From assembly GCF_035084215.1 (NCBI RefSeq), contig NC_090340.1:15314001-15378000 (forward strand): a stretch of 64,000 nt of DNA, in the 5' to 3' direction. This document shows, one piece after another, positions 24,051 to 37,110 of this stretch. The number at the start of each line of letters is the position of its first letter. Position 1 is the first letter of the stretch. A model generated the notes under the pieces. That model worked only from the letters and a program-made list of their open reading frames with translations. It searched no databases and was not told the origin of the DNA. Source of the DNA: Heptranchias perlo. Taxonomy: Eukaryota. The position numbers and the translations under genes are program-made.

Positions 24051-27000
24051 TCAGTTTTATGCCGACCGACGCAGGTCCTGCAAAATGCAAGCAAATGTGC
24101 TACTGTTTACCTGTCATTTTATGTTTCAGGTTGCTTCACATTCTCTTTTCTCATCTAATAACAATTCATTGGCTTCGAGATGGAGATTAGGTCAACGTGT
24201 TTTAGATTATTTTGATAATTAGTTAAGCGAAAGTGACACATTCATGCAGTGCGTTCGACCAGTCCTGTGCTCTGAGAAAATGTAAGATATCAACCGAAGC
24301 GTTGACCAGTCAGGTTTCAGCTGCACGAGATGTTTTGCTAAATATTGACACTAGCGAATAGTTTTCTCAAGCAAAATAAACACATTGCTCAGTGGTTCAG
24401 CTCGAAGCACCAACTGTTCAAAGTTTAAATTTAGCTTTGTTAATTGCAACATCATGAAAACGCATCGAGTGTCGAATAATGGTACTAATTAAACACCATC
24501 TTTCAATGTAATTGTGATAACATATGATGTTCACATTTAACAGAGATACGATTTCATATTTGCCTTTGTAACATCTGCTATCCTCATCAATAGTACAGTC
24601 TGCAATATATAATCGACCTAAGGCGCCTGTGTGTGTTCCACTTTTTCCTATTTCATATTATATGAAGTGTAAGGCAAGCCGCAGAAGTATTTCCTAAATA
24701 CACTTTCTGGCGTTTTATTTATTCATGCGTAAACAAGTGCAGTTATATCAGTTAAATCCATGACATTTGCCGTAATTTCTTCGTGTACTACAATATTGTA
24801 ACATTGATCACATGGGCTTCCACATGATACGTTCTGGGTATTGTCCAAAATGTCAACAGAGTTCCGTTAAAATGAATCGCATGTTATTTAATCGCCCCAT
24901 AATTGTAACCATTTTTAAAAGAATGTTACTCATTCAAGTTGTTCCTATCACGGTGTTTTCCGCCTGAGAACTGGAGATTGGAGGTGATAAAGGAATTGGG
25001 TTTTGTAAATAATGTCTAAAGCGTCATCTTGCCATCCGCACCAACCACATCAGGGCAGAGACAAGAAGTCCGCATTCGGGATATCATAGGAGAGGCACAT
25101 CCACACGGAATTCCTGCTCCTAGACAGCCGGGAATCAGCAGTTTAGGACCATAAGAAGGGGTGACTGGAAGACAGCAGTAAGTGGAAGGAATATAAGACA
25201 AATCTGTTAAGAATATCTGTGTTAGAGTAAACAGAACCGGTGGAATTGATACATGTTTTGAGAAAGCAAATGTTAGCGTGGGGTCTTGAAAATAAATTAT
25301 TGGACCGTGACTAATGTTTTACCACAAGAAAACGAAATTTTAATTATTTCCCATTTACACCAAATTTCATCAAACGGTCACATGTCGTAGGTAATGTACA
25401 GACCAAATCATTTTAAATGATACAATATGAATTTTAAAGGCATTTCGTAATGGTCATATCTAGTATCATTGTGAATACATAATAGGGGCGTTAAGAGGTG
25501 ATTACAGCGTGTTATATTGTAACAACCTATACTCATTTATTTTCCATCTTCTTATCCAGAAACAGCCGTCCGCCCACATACGCACGATTTCGACTGAGTT
25601 TACTCAATACTGACAGAAACCTGAGATTTGGTAAATTCAAGAATGTAACGCAGTCCACAGTCCACAAAATGATTTGAGGTATTTGATGTTAAACTCGAAC
25701 TTTAGTTGCTGAGTGACTGACTCTGCACTAATGGTTCAATTGTATAATTTGAAATTGTGTTATGCAAATACAAATTTACAACAAAAGGCTGCATATGTGA
25801 GCAAAACGGAACATACAATATAGGAATCAGCTTGTGTGCACAGGTCAAACCAGGCAGACTCAAAAGTCTAAGACAGTGGGCACCCTTGACCTTTAGCAAA
25901 CTGACGATTTTAATGAATACGGCAAAATAAAACCCCGACCATTTTGATTGGAGAGTGTCAGTACACGCTATCACGAAGATTGCATCGCTGTGTCACACTT
26001 GCATCTGATTTGCTTGTTAGGTTCTCGATAAAAAGCAACAAATTAGAACTGAAAAGGTAGAGAACGCCCAAATCAAACATGAGAAAGGTGGTTAGAACCA
26101 CCACCAATGGGGAATTACTAAAAACATATTAAAATATTAACGCATGAGCGGTGAGTAAAATCTACAAATACAATAAAGAGGAACCGATAAATTGGTCCAT
26201 TTTTTGAAAATCCTTTGTTTTTTTGTTCCATCACTAAGATGAGAACTTACTGCTGGAAACACATGTGGATTACAAAATTTAGAAGAAAATATTCAAACCT
26301 ATTGACACAATAGCATTTTCTGTGTTTTCTGCAGATTCTGAGAACGTTTTCGGCTGGAAGCTTGCATCTCTCTGAGAAGCCTGAGTCTACAATGTAAGGG
26401 CTTGCCAGAGATGTCAATCTTGTCATCTGAAATCAAGCCCCAACAAGACAGGGGATTACACCTCCCACCTGCACCGCTGTGACTGATTTTAACAGCCTGT
26501 GTAGAGAATTGCGAGCTTGCACTTACAGCTGCTTCCTTTCTGAATCCAATGAACACGATCATTGTCAGAACATGCCATGACTTGTGGTTCGTAAACACAT
26601 CCTTTGTCCGTGTGCAGCAACGAAAGAGGCATTGCTGAGGAATGATCGAAGTGAAACGGTAAAGAAGCCTTCATTTTCTTCATCGAATACTTTAAAAATA
26701 ACAGCATGTTTTTACATGGAACATTAACGCAATCTAAAGTAGGAACTTTTGAACACTTTCTTAAGGAACTATATTCAACCGGTTAGTGATTTAGGTCACT
26801 ATAGATATTACATATTTATTGGTTTATATAACTGTCTTATGCGATTGAAACAAAGTGATTGAATTACACTTCCTGCAGTGGGTGAGAAAAAAGTCATTTG
26901 ATTGATTAATTAATTTGTTAGTTCAATTGGTAATTTTCAGGAAGTAATTAAAACATTTGCTTCAAAAACTCTCACGAACTTCTTTCCAATTCCGTTCAAT

Positions 27001-27639
27001 GGCTATATGCACTTCTTTGACATGGAAACTTAATGGCAGAGGTTCCTTTCACCTTAACAGCAGGCGTCCAAAATGCGTTTGACCAGTTCTTTCTGTGTAT
27101 GGGTCACAGAACCAAATGGCCCTGTTTGGAACCAATTGTCACTCTCACTGAGAGAAACCACATGGGAGCATGGGAGTGAACAAAGTCCTACTGGTATACT
27201 TGCCAGCGTTCTACTCAGGTTTGGACTGAGCCATTTGCTTAGCTCCATGCCTGCTTCCCTTCTGGGTGGTGCTGACACCATAAAATGTCCTCTGTTATCT
27301 GTAACGACATTGTAAACCTATTCGTTATAAATGGATTCGGAATGTTGTTCTATATAGAACACAGTGGCGAACCATATAAGTAAAAGAGTAAATAGTTCCA
27401 CTCCCCAGCCCTCACATCCTTCGTCTAGATTAATGCAAAATTCAAACTAACAGATTTTAAAAAGGAGGGAGATGGTGTTTGACGTTCAGTTATACTAAAA
27501 TCAGAAATATTCAAAATCAGATTACACTACGGTTGTGCACTTCAGCTGTTCAGTGAAAGTAGACACAGAAAAATGTTGATGCAATGAATCGCTTAGTGCT
27601 GTGCAGATATTAACAGTGGCGTCATATGTTCAATAGCTC

Positions 27640-28020
27640 AACGCAAGTTCGAGGAACAGCACCTCATCTTTCGATGAGGCACTTTACAGCCTTCTGGCCT
27701 CAACACTGAGTTCAACAACTTTAGATCATAACCACCGCTCCCATTTTATCGGACAAAGTGTCTTGATTATGGTTCTACTGTTAGCATTTACACTTCCTCT
27801 CGACCCAATTTTTGTTTCTTTATTTGTCCCATTACCACCGCCATTTACCTTTCACCGTCACCCCTTTTGCCATTTAATCACTCCTGCTCTCCACCGTATC
27901 ACAGACTTTCCGCTTTGTTCTTACCTCGCCATCCCCCCCCCCCCCCCCCCCACGCCCCGCGCTTTTTTTGCGCGGCTCTGTACTTCCTTATAAACTGTTA
28001 AATTTCTAACTTCTTCCAGT
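27640..28020 (+). mobile_element. Penelope-like element 3' remnant (second family)
   Basis: Translates RKFEEQHLIFR*GTLQPSGLNTEFNNFRS followed by a pyrimidine-rich 3' UTR; cut by a CR1 at about 28021. Confidence 0.7.
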
Positions 28021-30700
28021 TACGAACATACGAAATTGACGGGCAGGAAAAGACAAACTGGTCCATCAATCTGCCCCACACCATGATGGCCGGACCATCA
28101 TGGCAAAACGCCTCTTCCCTCTCCCGATCTCTCACCCTCACACCCACCCCAGCTGCCACGTAACCTCCTAGGAGAAGGAAAAAACAGATAAGACCAGGGC
28201 CAATGAGGGAAAAAATATGCTGTCAACTCCCTCTCCGACCCCCTTTGGCGATCGAAACCAGTCCAGGAGATCACATGGACCAAGTGTTGTGTATTAAGAT
28301 AATTACCTCCTCTATGATGCGATCTCTGCCCCAGTCAGGAGCCGACCCAGCTCCCTCTTGAAGGCAGTACAGAGAGTCAGCATCCACCACAGCAGCTGGA
28401 AATGTATTCCAGGGGCTCACATTTATCTGGGAATAGAAGAACCGCCTAACATCCAGTCTATTCCTACTCTTGCATAGTTTAAACTCGTGTTCCCTGGACC
28501 TCCCCAACCTGTTAAACTGGAATAATCTATCAATAGGAATGCTATCCAGCCCTTTAATTATTTTATAGACTGTTATCAGATCACCTCTAAGTCTACGCTC
28601 CTCTAAAGTAAATACACCAAGGTTCTTGAGCCTATCTAAGTAGCTGAGGTTCTTTAAGCTAAGAATCATAATTGTAGCTCTCCTCTGGACCTTTTCCAAA
28701 GCCGCTGCATCACCCACCATTTGGGGGGACTGAAACTGGGCACAGTACTCTAGATGTGATCTGACCAGCGACCTGTATAGAGTCGAAATGTTTCATACTG
28801 AATGGTTCTTTTAATACAACCCATTACCTTGTTAGCTTTACCTGCAGTTTCTCTACATATAGTGATCTGTGCACAATACCACCAAGATCTTTCTGTCACT
28901 CAACCTCTTTTAGTAGTGTTCCCTGCAAATGATACATGTATTCTATGTTGGCCCTACCAACATGCCTGACAGTAAATTTATCTAAATTAAATGCAATTTG
29001 CCAATGTGTTCCCCACTTCCCTCGCACATCTAAATCTTTATGGATTTGATTGCACTCCTCTCCCGTCTTAACCTTTGCACAGATTTTGGTGTCATCTGCA
29101 AACTTACTTACCATACTCCGAACACGAATGTCCAGGTCATTCATAAAGACCATGAAGAGTAGCAGGCCTAGGATCGATCCCTAGGGTCACCACTGGTAAC
29201 ATGTCTCCAAGCTGAACCACATCCGTTAACTACAACGTTTCCTATCTTTCCTGAACTCCTTGTATCCAGGAATATTTAGTACCCAATCCTGCCCTTTTTT
29301 GAGCCGGGTCTATGTTATCGCCACTGCATCATATTCCCATGTGGCTATTTGCACCTGCAGCTCACCAACATTATTTGCCATGCTTCGTGCGTTTACACAG
29401 CTGCACTCTAAACCTAACTTAGACCTTTTCGTATTGTCTCTCAATCTGATCCCACCTAATACAGTACTATTTCTTACTCTAGTTCTAAGTGTCTCTCCCA
29501 ATCCTTTGTGCACCTTGTTTCTCCTGTCTAATGCCAGTCTCTGGTGCACATCCCCCTGCCAAATTAGTTTAACCGCCCACCCGCCCCCACCACCACTGCA
29601 CCATTGAACCTCCGTGTGAGTACATTGGTCCTAGCTCTGTTGACGTGCAAACTGTCTTTCTTGAACAGGTCCCTCCTGCTCCAGAACTGATCCCAAACAC
29701 ACCAAGAATCTGAAGCCCTCTCTTTTGCATCATATCTCTAGCCACACATTAACCTGCCTTACCTTCCTATTTCTGTACTCACTAGCGCATGGCACTGGGA
29801 GTAATCGAGAGATTACTACCTTTGAGGTCCTGCTTTTCAACTTCCTCATGAGCTCTTGAAACTCTAGACACAGGACGTCATCCCTTTCCTTTCCTATGTC
29901 TTTGGTAGCCAGATGCACCACGACTTCTGGCGGTTTCCCTTCCCCCCGCAGAATGTTCCAGACCTTCTCTATGATGTCTTTTACCCTGTCACCAAGGAGG
30001 CAACACAACATGCAGGACTCATGTCGACGATCGCAGAAACGCCTATCTCTCCCCCTGACTATCGAATCTCCTATGACTTCACTGTGCCCCCACCACCCCC
30101 CACCCCGCCCCGTGCAGTCCTTTGCCCCAGGACTGCACTCCTCCGAGGTGTCGTCACCCTCACTGGTATTCAATGCTGAAAACCGGTTTGAGAGTGCCTC
30201 ACACCCAGAAGATTTCTGCACTGCCTGCCTCTTCCTACCCTCTTCCTACCCTTTCGGATGGCCACTCACTTGCTATCCTGAAGTCTCTGTGGCTGCTGGG
30301 TGACCACATCCTGGAACGTACGATCCAGGAAACCTGCAACCTCCCTTATGCTCTGCAGTGACTTCAGATGCCCCTCAAGCTCAGAAGCCCTCAACTTGAG
30401 CTCGAGCAACTGAAGGTATTTCCTGTACATGTGGCCTTCCAGGACACATGAAGCATCCTGAATTTCCCACATGGCACAAGAATTGCAGGCAATGGATCGC
30501 AGCTGCCCGTCCATTATATTTATAAACCTTTTATTTTTCTAAACTCTCTTAAGATGCTCTTATTATTAATTTACTTATTGGTACTTAACTCGATTAACCT
30601 ACCCTTTTAGTTCGGGTCTCTCAGAGCACTTCCTGTCTGTTCACTGTCCTTCTCTAACTGCATCTAATTCCCCCCTCACCAAATTCTCAACCACCCACTC
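28021..30700 (-). mobile_element. CR1 fragments: RT 3' end (28021-29240) joined to ORF1 region (zinc finger/coiled coil + SGNH esterase) and APE start
   Basis: ORFs 28271-28720, 28896-29153 (FADD), 29310-29549 (CVNARS), 29730-30221 (VIGDSIVRG), 30266-30514 (CNSCAMWE). Confidence 0.88.
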
Positions 30701-31396
30701 TGTTCGCAATCCACTCCATTCAGTCTGTGCTTCAGCAGGTACCGTCTACTTTATGCACCTTTTGAGAACAGTAGTTACAACTGCTCAATCAACCTCCAGC
30801 ACACAGTAATTACCCTCTATTCAGACAAACACTTGCAGCTGATTAACTACTAACTATTATCTAACTTGCACATTTTCCATAACAATAGAACTTTGCATCA
30901 TATTCTATTCTTTACAACCTCTGACTCATTGTGAACAATGCCACAAGAGATCCACTAGTTATAAATCTAACAGTTTTGCATAGATCACGTCCCCTTCATC
31001 CATTATAAATATATACCTGTACGTGATTAATAGAAACAGACAAAATAAACTTGTCAGACTGCAGGTACACCATGTCACTGATGAAGTCTCTTCTGCGCCA
31101 TAACAAGCAGAACAGTGTAATTAGGGATTGCCAAGTTTGCCTTGGCTGTTTACATTATAAATGTGGGTACAAGAATTAGCATGGAAAACGCAGAAAAAAT
31201 AGGACGTGATATATGACTTTAAAAAATGACCGAATATCTATGTGCACATTCAGGTCTAATTATAAGCTGCCCACTAAAATCATTTTAATTGAAGACAACA
31301 CATGGTCTTGACTCTCTGTCTGCAAAGCTACGGGCAATTAATTGGTAATATATGAACAATCTTACATCTACACATATTTCAAATATAAATTCCCCT

Positions 31397-33473
31397 CATA
31401 AGAACATAGGAATATAAGAAATAGGAGCAGGAGCAGGCCATACAACCCCTCGAGCCTGCTCCGCCATTCAATAAGATCAAGGCTGATCTTCGACATCAAC
31501 TCCACTTTCCCACCCGATCCCCATATCCCTTGATTCCCCTAGACTCCAAAAATCTATCGATCTCAGTCTTGAATACAGTCAATAACTGAGCATCTGCAGC
31601 CCTCTGGGGTAGAGAATGCCAAAGATTCACAAACCTGTGAGTAAACAAATTCCTCCTCATCTCAGTCCTAAATGGCAGAACTCTTATCCTGAGACTATGG
31701 CCCCTAGTTCTAGACTTTCCACTCAGGGGAAACAGCCTCTCCCATTTACCATGTCAAGCCCTCTCAGAATCGTATCTGTTTCAATGAGAGCAGCTCTCAT
31801 TCTTCTAAACTCCAGAGAGTATAGGTCCATTCCATTCGATCTCTCCTCATAGGACAACCATCTCATTCCAGGAATTAATCTAGTGAACCTTCGTTGCACC
31901 GCCTTCAAAGCAAGTGTATTCTTCCGTAGGTAAGAGGAATAAAACTTTACACCAGTTGTGGTCTCACCAAAGCCCTCTACAACTGTGGCAAGTCTTCCTT
32001 ACTCTTGTACTCCAACCTCCTTGCAATAAATGCCAATGTACCATTTGCCTTCCTAATTGCTTGCTGTTCCTGCGTGTTAACTTTCTTTGTTTCGTGAACA
32101 AGAATATCCAAATCATAGAATCATGGATCATGGAACGTTATGGCACAGAAGGAGGCCATTTGGGCCATCGTGTCCATGCTATCCAGTTTAATCCCACTTT
32201 CCAGGACTTGGTCCGTAGCCCTGTAGATTACGGCATTTTAAGTGCACACCCAAGTATTTTTAAATGAGTTGAGGGTTTCTGCCTCTACCACCTCTTCAGG
32301 CAGTGAGTTCCAGACCCCCACCACCCTCTGGGTGAAAACAATTCTCCTCATCTCCCATCTAATCCTTCTAGCAAATACTTTGAATCTCTGCCCCTGTACA
32401 CTGATCCCTCTGCTAAGGGAAATAAGTCCTCCCTATCCACTCTATCATAGAATCATAGAAAGATAGAAAGGTTACAGCACGGAAGGAGGCCGTTCGACCC
32501 ATCGAGTCTGCAACGGCTCTATGCAAGAGCAATCCAGCTAGTCCCACTCCCCCACCCTTTCCCTGTCACCCTGCATTTTTTCCTTTCAAGTACTTATCCA
32601 GTTCCCTTTTGAAGGCCATGATTGAATCTGCTTCCACCACCCCCTTGGTCAGTGCATTCCAGATTCTAGCCTGTGTAAAAAAAGTTCTTCCTCATTTCAC
32701 CTTTGGTTCTTTTGCCAATCACCTTAAATCTATGTCCTCTGGCCCTTGAACCTTCCGCCAATGGGAACAGTTTCGCTCCATCTACTCTGTCTGGACCCTT
32801 CATGATTTTGAATGCCTCTGTCAAATCTCCTTGCAACTGTCTCTGTTCCAAGGAGAACAAACCCAGCTTCTCCAGTCCATCCACCTAACTAAAGTCCCTC
32901 GTCCCTGGAATCATTCAAATAAATCTCTTCAGCACTCTTTCTAAGGCCTTCACAGCTTTCCGGAAGTGCGGTGCCCAGAACTGGACACAATACTCCAGTT
33001 GTGGCTGAAGCAGTGTTTTATAAAGGTGCATCGTGACTTCCATACTTTTGTGCTTTATGACTCTATTTATAAAGCCCAGGATCCCGTATACCTTTTTAAC
33101 CGCTTTCTCAACCTGCCCTACCATCTTCAACGATTTGTGCACAAAAACCACCAGATCTCTCTGTTCCTGTACCCCTTTTACAGTCGTGCCCTCTAGTTTA
33201 TATTGTCTCTCCTCATTCTTCCTACAAAAATGTGTCACTTCGCATTTTTCGACGTTAAATTTTAGCTGCCATGTTTCCACCCATGACACCAGCCTGTCGA
33301 AATCCTCTTGAAGTCTATCACTATCAATAGCCTCCATACTGTTTACAACTCTTCTGAATTTTGTGTCATCTGAAAATTTTGAAGTTGTGCCCAGTACAGT
33401 CAAGTGCAAGTTATTAATATGTTTCAAGAAAAGCAGTGGTCCCAGCACTGACCTCTGGTAACACCACTGTGTA
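31397..33473 (-). mobile_element. Three stacked CR1 3' fragments
   Basis: Separate 3' tails at about 31397, 32112 and 32446; ORFs 31723-31908, 32666-32884, 32915-33448. Confidence 0.85.
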
Positions 33474-33474
33474 T

Positions 33475-36400
33475 CTCAATGGTGGTGGAGTCGAGCACGT
33501 GAGTGCAAAAGACAAGGCTGAAGCGTTTGAAATTATCTTCAGCCAGAAGTGCCGAGTGGACGATCCATCTCGGCCTCCTCCCGATATCCACACCATCACA
33601 GAAGCCAGTCTTCAGCCAATTTGATTCACTCCACGTGATATCAAGAAACGGCTGAGTGCACTGGATACAGCAAAGGCTATGGGACCCGACAACATCCCGG
33701 CTTTAGTGCTGAAGTCTTGTGCTCTAGAACTAGCTGCTCCACTAGCCAAGCTGTTCCAGTACAGCTACAACACTGCCATCGACCCAACAATGTGGAAAAT
33801 TGCCCAGGTATGTCCTGCCCACAAAAAGCAGGACAAATCCAATCCGGCCAATTACTGCCCCATCAGTCTATTCTCAATCATCAGCAAAGTGATGGAAGGT
33901 ATCGTCGACAGTGCTATTAAGCGGCACTTACTCACCAATGACCTGCTCACTGATGCTCAGTTTGGGTTCGGCCAGGACCACTCGGATCCCGTCCTCATTA
34001 CAGCCTTGGTCCAAACATGGACAAAAGAGCTGCATACCAGAGGTGAGGTGAGAGTGACTGCCCTTGACATCAAGGCAGTATTTGACCGAGTGTGGCACCA
34101 AGGAGCCCTTGTAAAATTGAAGTCAATGGGAATCAGGGGGAAAACTCTCCAGTGGCTGGAGTCATTCCTAGCACAAAGGAAGATGGTAGTGGTTGTTGGA
34201 GGCCAATCATCTCAGCCCCAGGACATTGCTGCAGGAGTTACTTGGGGCAGTGTCCTAGGCCCAACCATCTTCAGCTGCTTCATCAATGACCTTCCCTCCA
34301 TCATAAGGTCAGAAATAGGGATGTTCGCTGATGATTGCAGAGTGTTCACTTCCATTCACAATCCCTCAAATAATGAATCAGTCCGAGTCCACATGCATCA
34401 AGACCTGGACAACATCCAGGCTTGGGCTCATAAGCGGCAAGTAACATTCGCGCCAGACAAGTGCCAGGCAATGACCATCTCCAAAAAGAGAGTGTCTAAC
34501 CACCTCCCCTTGACATTCAACGGCATTACTATCGCCGAATCCCCCACCATCAACATCCTGGGGGTCACCATTGACCAGAAACTTAACTGGACCAGCCATA
34601 TAAATACTGTGGCTACAAAAGCAGGTCAGAGGCTGGGTATTCTGCGGCGAGTGACTCACCTCCTGACTCCCCAAAGCCTTTCCACCATCTACAAGGCCCA
34701 AGTCAGGAGTGTGCCTTGTAGATGGTGGATAGAAAGAGTATCTACAGTTATATAAAAAGAAAAAGGGTGGCTAAGGCAAACGTAGGTCCCTTAGAGGATG
34801 AGACCGGGAAATTAATGGTGGGAAACATGGAGATGGCAAAAATGCTGAACAAATATTTTGTTTCAGTCTTTACGGTAGAGGATGCGAAGAATATCCCAAC
34901 ACTGGACAAACAGGGGTCTCTAGGGGGGGAGGAGCTAAATACGATTAAAATTACTAAGGAATTGGTACTCAGTAAATTAATGGGACTCAAGGCGGATAAA
35001 TCCCCTGGACCTGATGGCTTACATCCTAGGGTCTTGAGGGAAGTGGCAGTAGGGATTGTGGATGCTTTGGTGATAATTTTCCAAAATTCTCTGGACTCGG
35101 CAAAGGTCCCGGCAGATTGGAAAACTGCTAATGTAACACCCTTATTTAAAAAGGGTAGTAGGCAGAAGGCTGGAAATTATAGACCAGTTACCCTAACATC
35201 TGTGGTGGGTAAAATTTTGAAGTCTATTATTAAGGAGACAGTAGCAGAATATTTGGATAAACATAATTTAATAGGACAAAGTCAGCATGGCTTTATGAAG
35301 GGGAAGTCATGTCTGACAAATTTGCTTGAGTTCTTTGAGGATATAACGTACAGGGTGGATAAAGGGGGACCAGTGGACGTAGTGTATTTAGACTTCCAGA
35401 AGGCATTCGACAAGGTGCCACATAAAAGATTATTGCTCAAGATAAAGAATCACTGGATTGGGGGTAATATTCTGGCATGGGTGGAGGATTGGTTATCTGA
35501 CAGGAAGCAGAGAGTTGGGATAAATGGTACATTCTCGGACTGGCAACCAGTAGCCAGTGGTGTTCCGCAGAGGTCGGTGCTGGGTCCCCAACTCTTTACA
35601 ATCTATATTAACGATTTGGAGGAGGGGACCGAGTGTAACATATCAAAGTTTGCAGATGATACAAAGATGGGAGGGAAAGTAGAGAGTGAGGAGGACATAA
35701 AAAACCTACAAGGGGATATAGACAGGCTGGGTGAGTGGGCGGAGATTTGGCAGATGCAATACAATATTGGAAAATGTGAGGTTATGCACTTTGACAGGAA
35801 AAATCGGAGAGCAAGTTATTATCTTAATGACGAGAAGCTGGAAAGTACTGCAGTACAAAGGGATCTGGGGGTCCTGGTGCAAGAAAATCAAAAGGTTAGT
35901 ATGCAGGTGCAGCAGGTGATCAAGAAGGCCAACGGAATGTTGGCTTTTATTGCTAGGGGGTTAGAATATAAAAACAGGGAGGTATTGCTGCAGTTATATC
36001 AGGTATTGGTGAGACCGCACCTGGAATACTGCATACAGTTTTGGTGTCCATACTTAAGAAAAGACATACTTGCTCTCGAGGCAGTACAAAGAAGGTTCAT
36101 TCGGTTAATCCCGGGGATGAGGGGGTGGACGTATGAGGAGAGGTTGAGTAGATTGGGACTCTACTCATTGGAGTTCAGAAGAATGAGAGGCGATCTTATT
36201 GAAACATATAAGATTGTGAAGGGGCTTGATCGGGTGGATGCAGTAAGGATGTTCCCAAGGATGGGTGAAACTAGAAGTAGGGGGCATAATCTTAGAATAA
36301 GGGGCTGCTCTTTCAAAACTGAGATGAGGAGAAACTTCTTCACTCAGAGGGTGGTGGGTCTGTGGAATTTGCTGCCCCAGGAAGCTGTGGAAGCTACATC

Positions 36401-37110
36401 ATTAAATAAATTTAAAACAGAAATCGACAGTTTCCTAGAAGTGAAGGGAATTAGGGGTTACTGGGAGCGGGCAGGAAATTGGACATGAATTTAGATTTGA
36501 GGTTAGGATCAGATCAGCCATGATCTTATTGAATGGCGGAGCAGGCTCGAGGGGCCGATTGGCCTACTCCTGCTCCTATTTCTTATGTTTTTATGTTCTT
36601 ATGTGATGGAATACTCTCCACTTGCCTGGATGACTGCAGCTCCAACAACACTCAAGAAGCTCGATACCATCCAGGACAAAGCAGCCCGCTTGATTGGCAC
36701 CCCATACACCACCCTAAACATTCACTCCCTTCACCACCGGCGCATTGTGGCTGCAGTGTGTACCATCCACAGGATGCACTGCAGCAACTCGCCAAGGCTT
36801 TTTCGACAGCACCTCCCAAACCTGCGACCTCTACCATCTAGATGGACAAGAGCAGCAGGTACATGGGAACAACACCACCTGCACGTTCCCCTCCAAGTCA
36901 CACATCATCCCGACTTGGAAATATATCACCGTTCCTTCATCGTCGCTGGGTCAAAATCCTGGAACTCCCTTCCTAACAGCACTGTGGGAGAACCTTCACC
37001 ACACGAACTGCAGCGGTTCAAGAAGGCCACCTTCTCAAGGGCAAGTAGGAATGGGCAATAAATACCGCCCTCGCCAGCGACGCCCACATCCCATGAACGA
37101 ATGAAAAAAA
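33475..37110 (+). mobile_element. Family B APE-RT LINE, 5'-truncated second copy
   Basis: ORFs 33436-33624, 33679-34755, 36585-37061 closely match 9410-11617; A-rich end at 37104-37110. Confidence 0.92.
34714..36603 (+). mobile_element. Young 5'-truncated CR1 nested in family B LINE; uninterrupted 588-codon RT reading frame (34722-36488)
   Basis: Splits host GGAGTGTG|ATGGAATAC; FADD intact; (TTCTTATG)n tail; nearly identical to the minus copy at 37-1900. Confidence 0.95.

Noticed and set aside
25020-26470. Exon-like segments with splice signals (25560-25630; strong acceptor at 26334) after copy 1
   Set aside because: No consistent open frame or recognisable domain; could be non-coding exons but unsupported without RNA data.
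34722-36488. 588-aa ORF as a host gene or autonomous element
   Set aside because: It is a 5'-truncated CR1 ORF2 lacking the endonuclease; its start codon lies in junction sequence.
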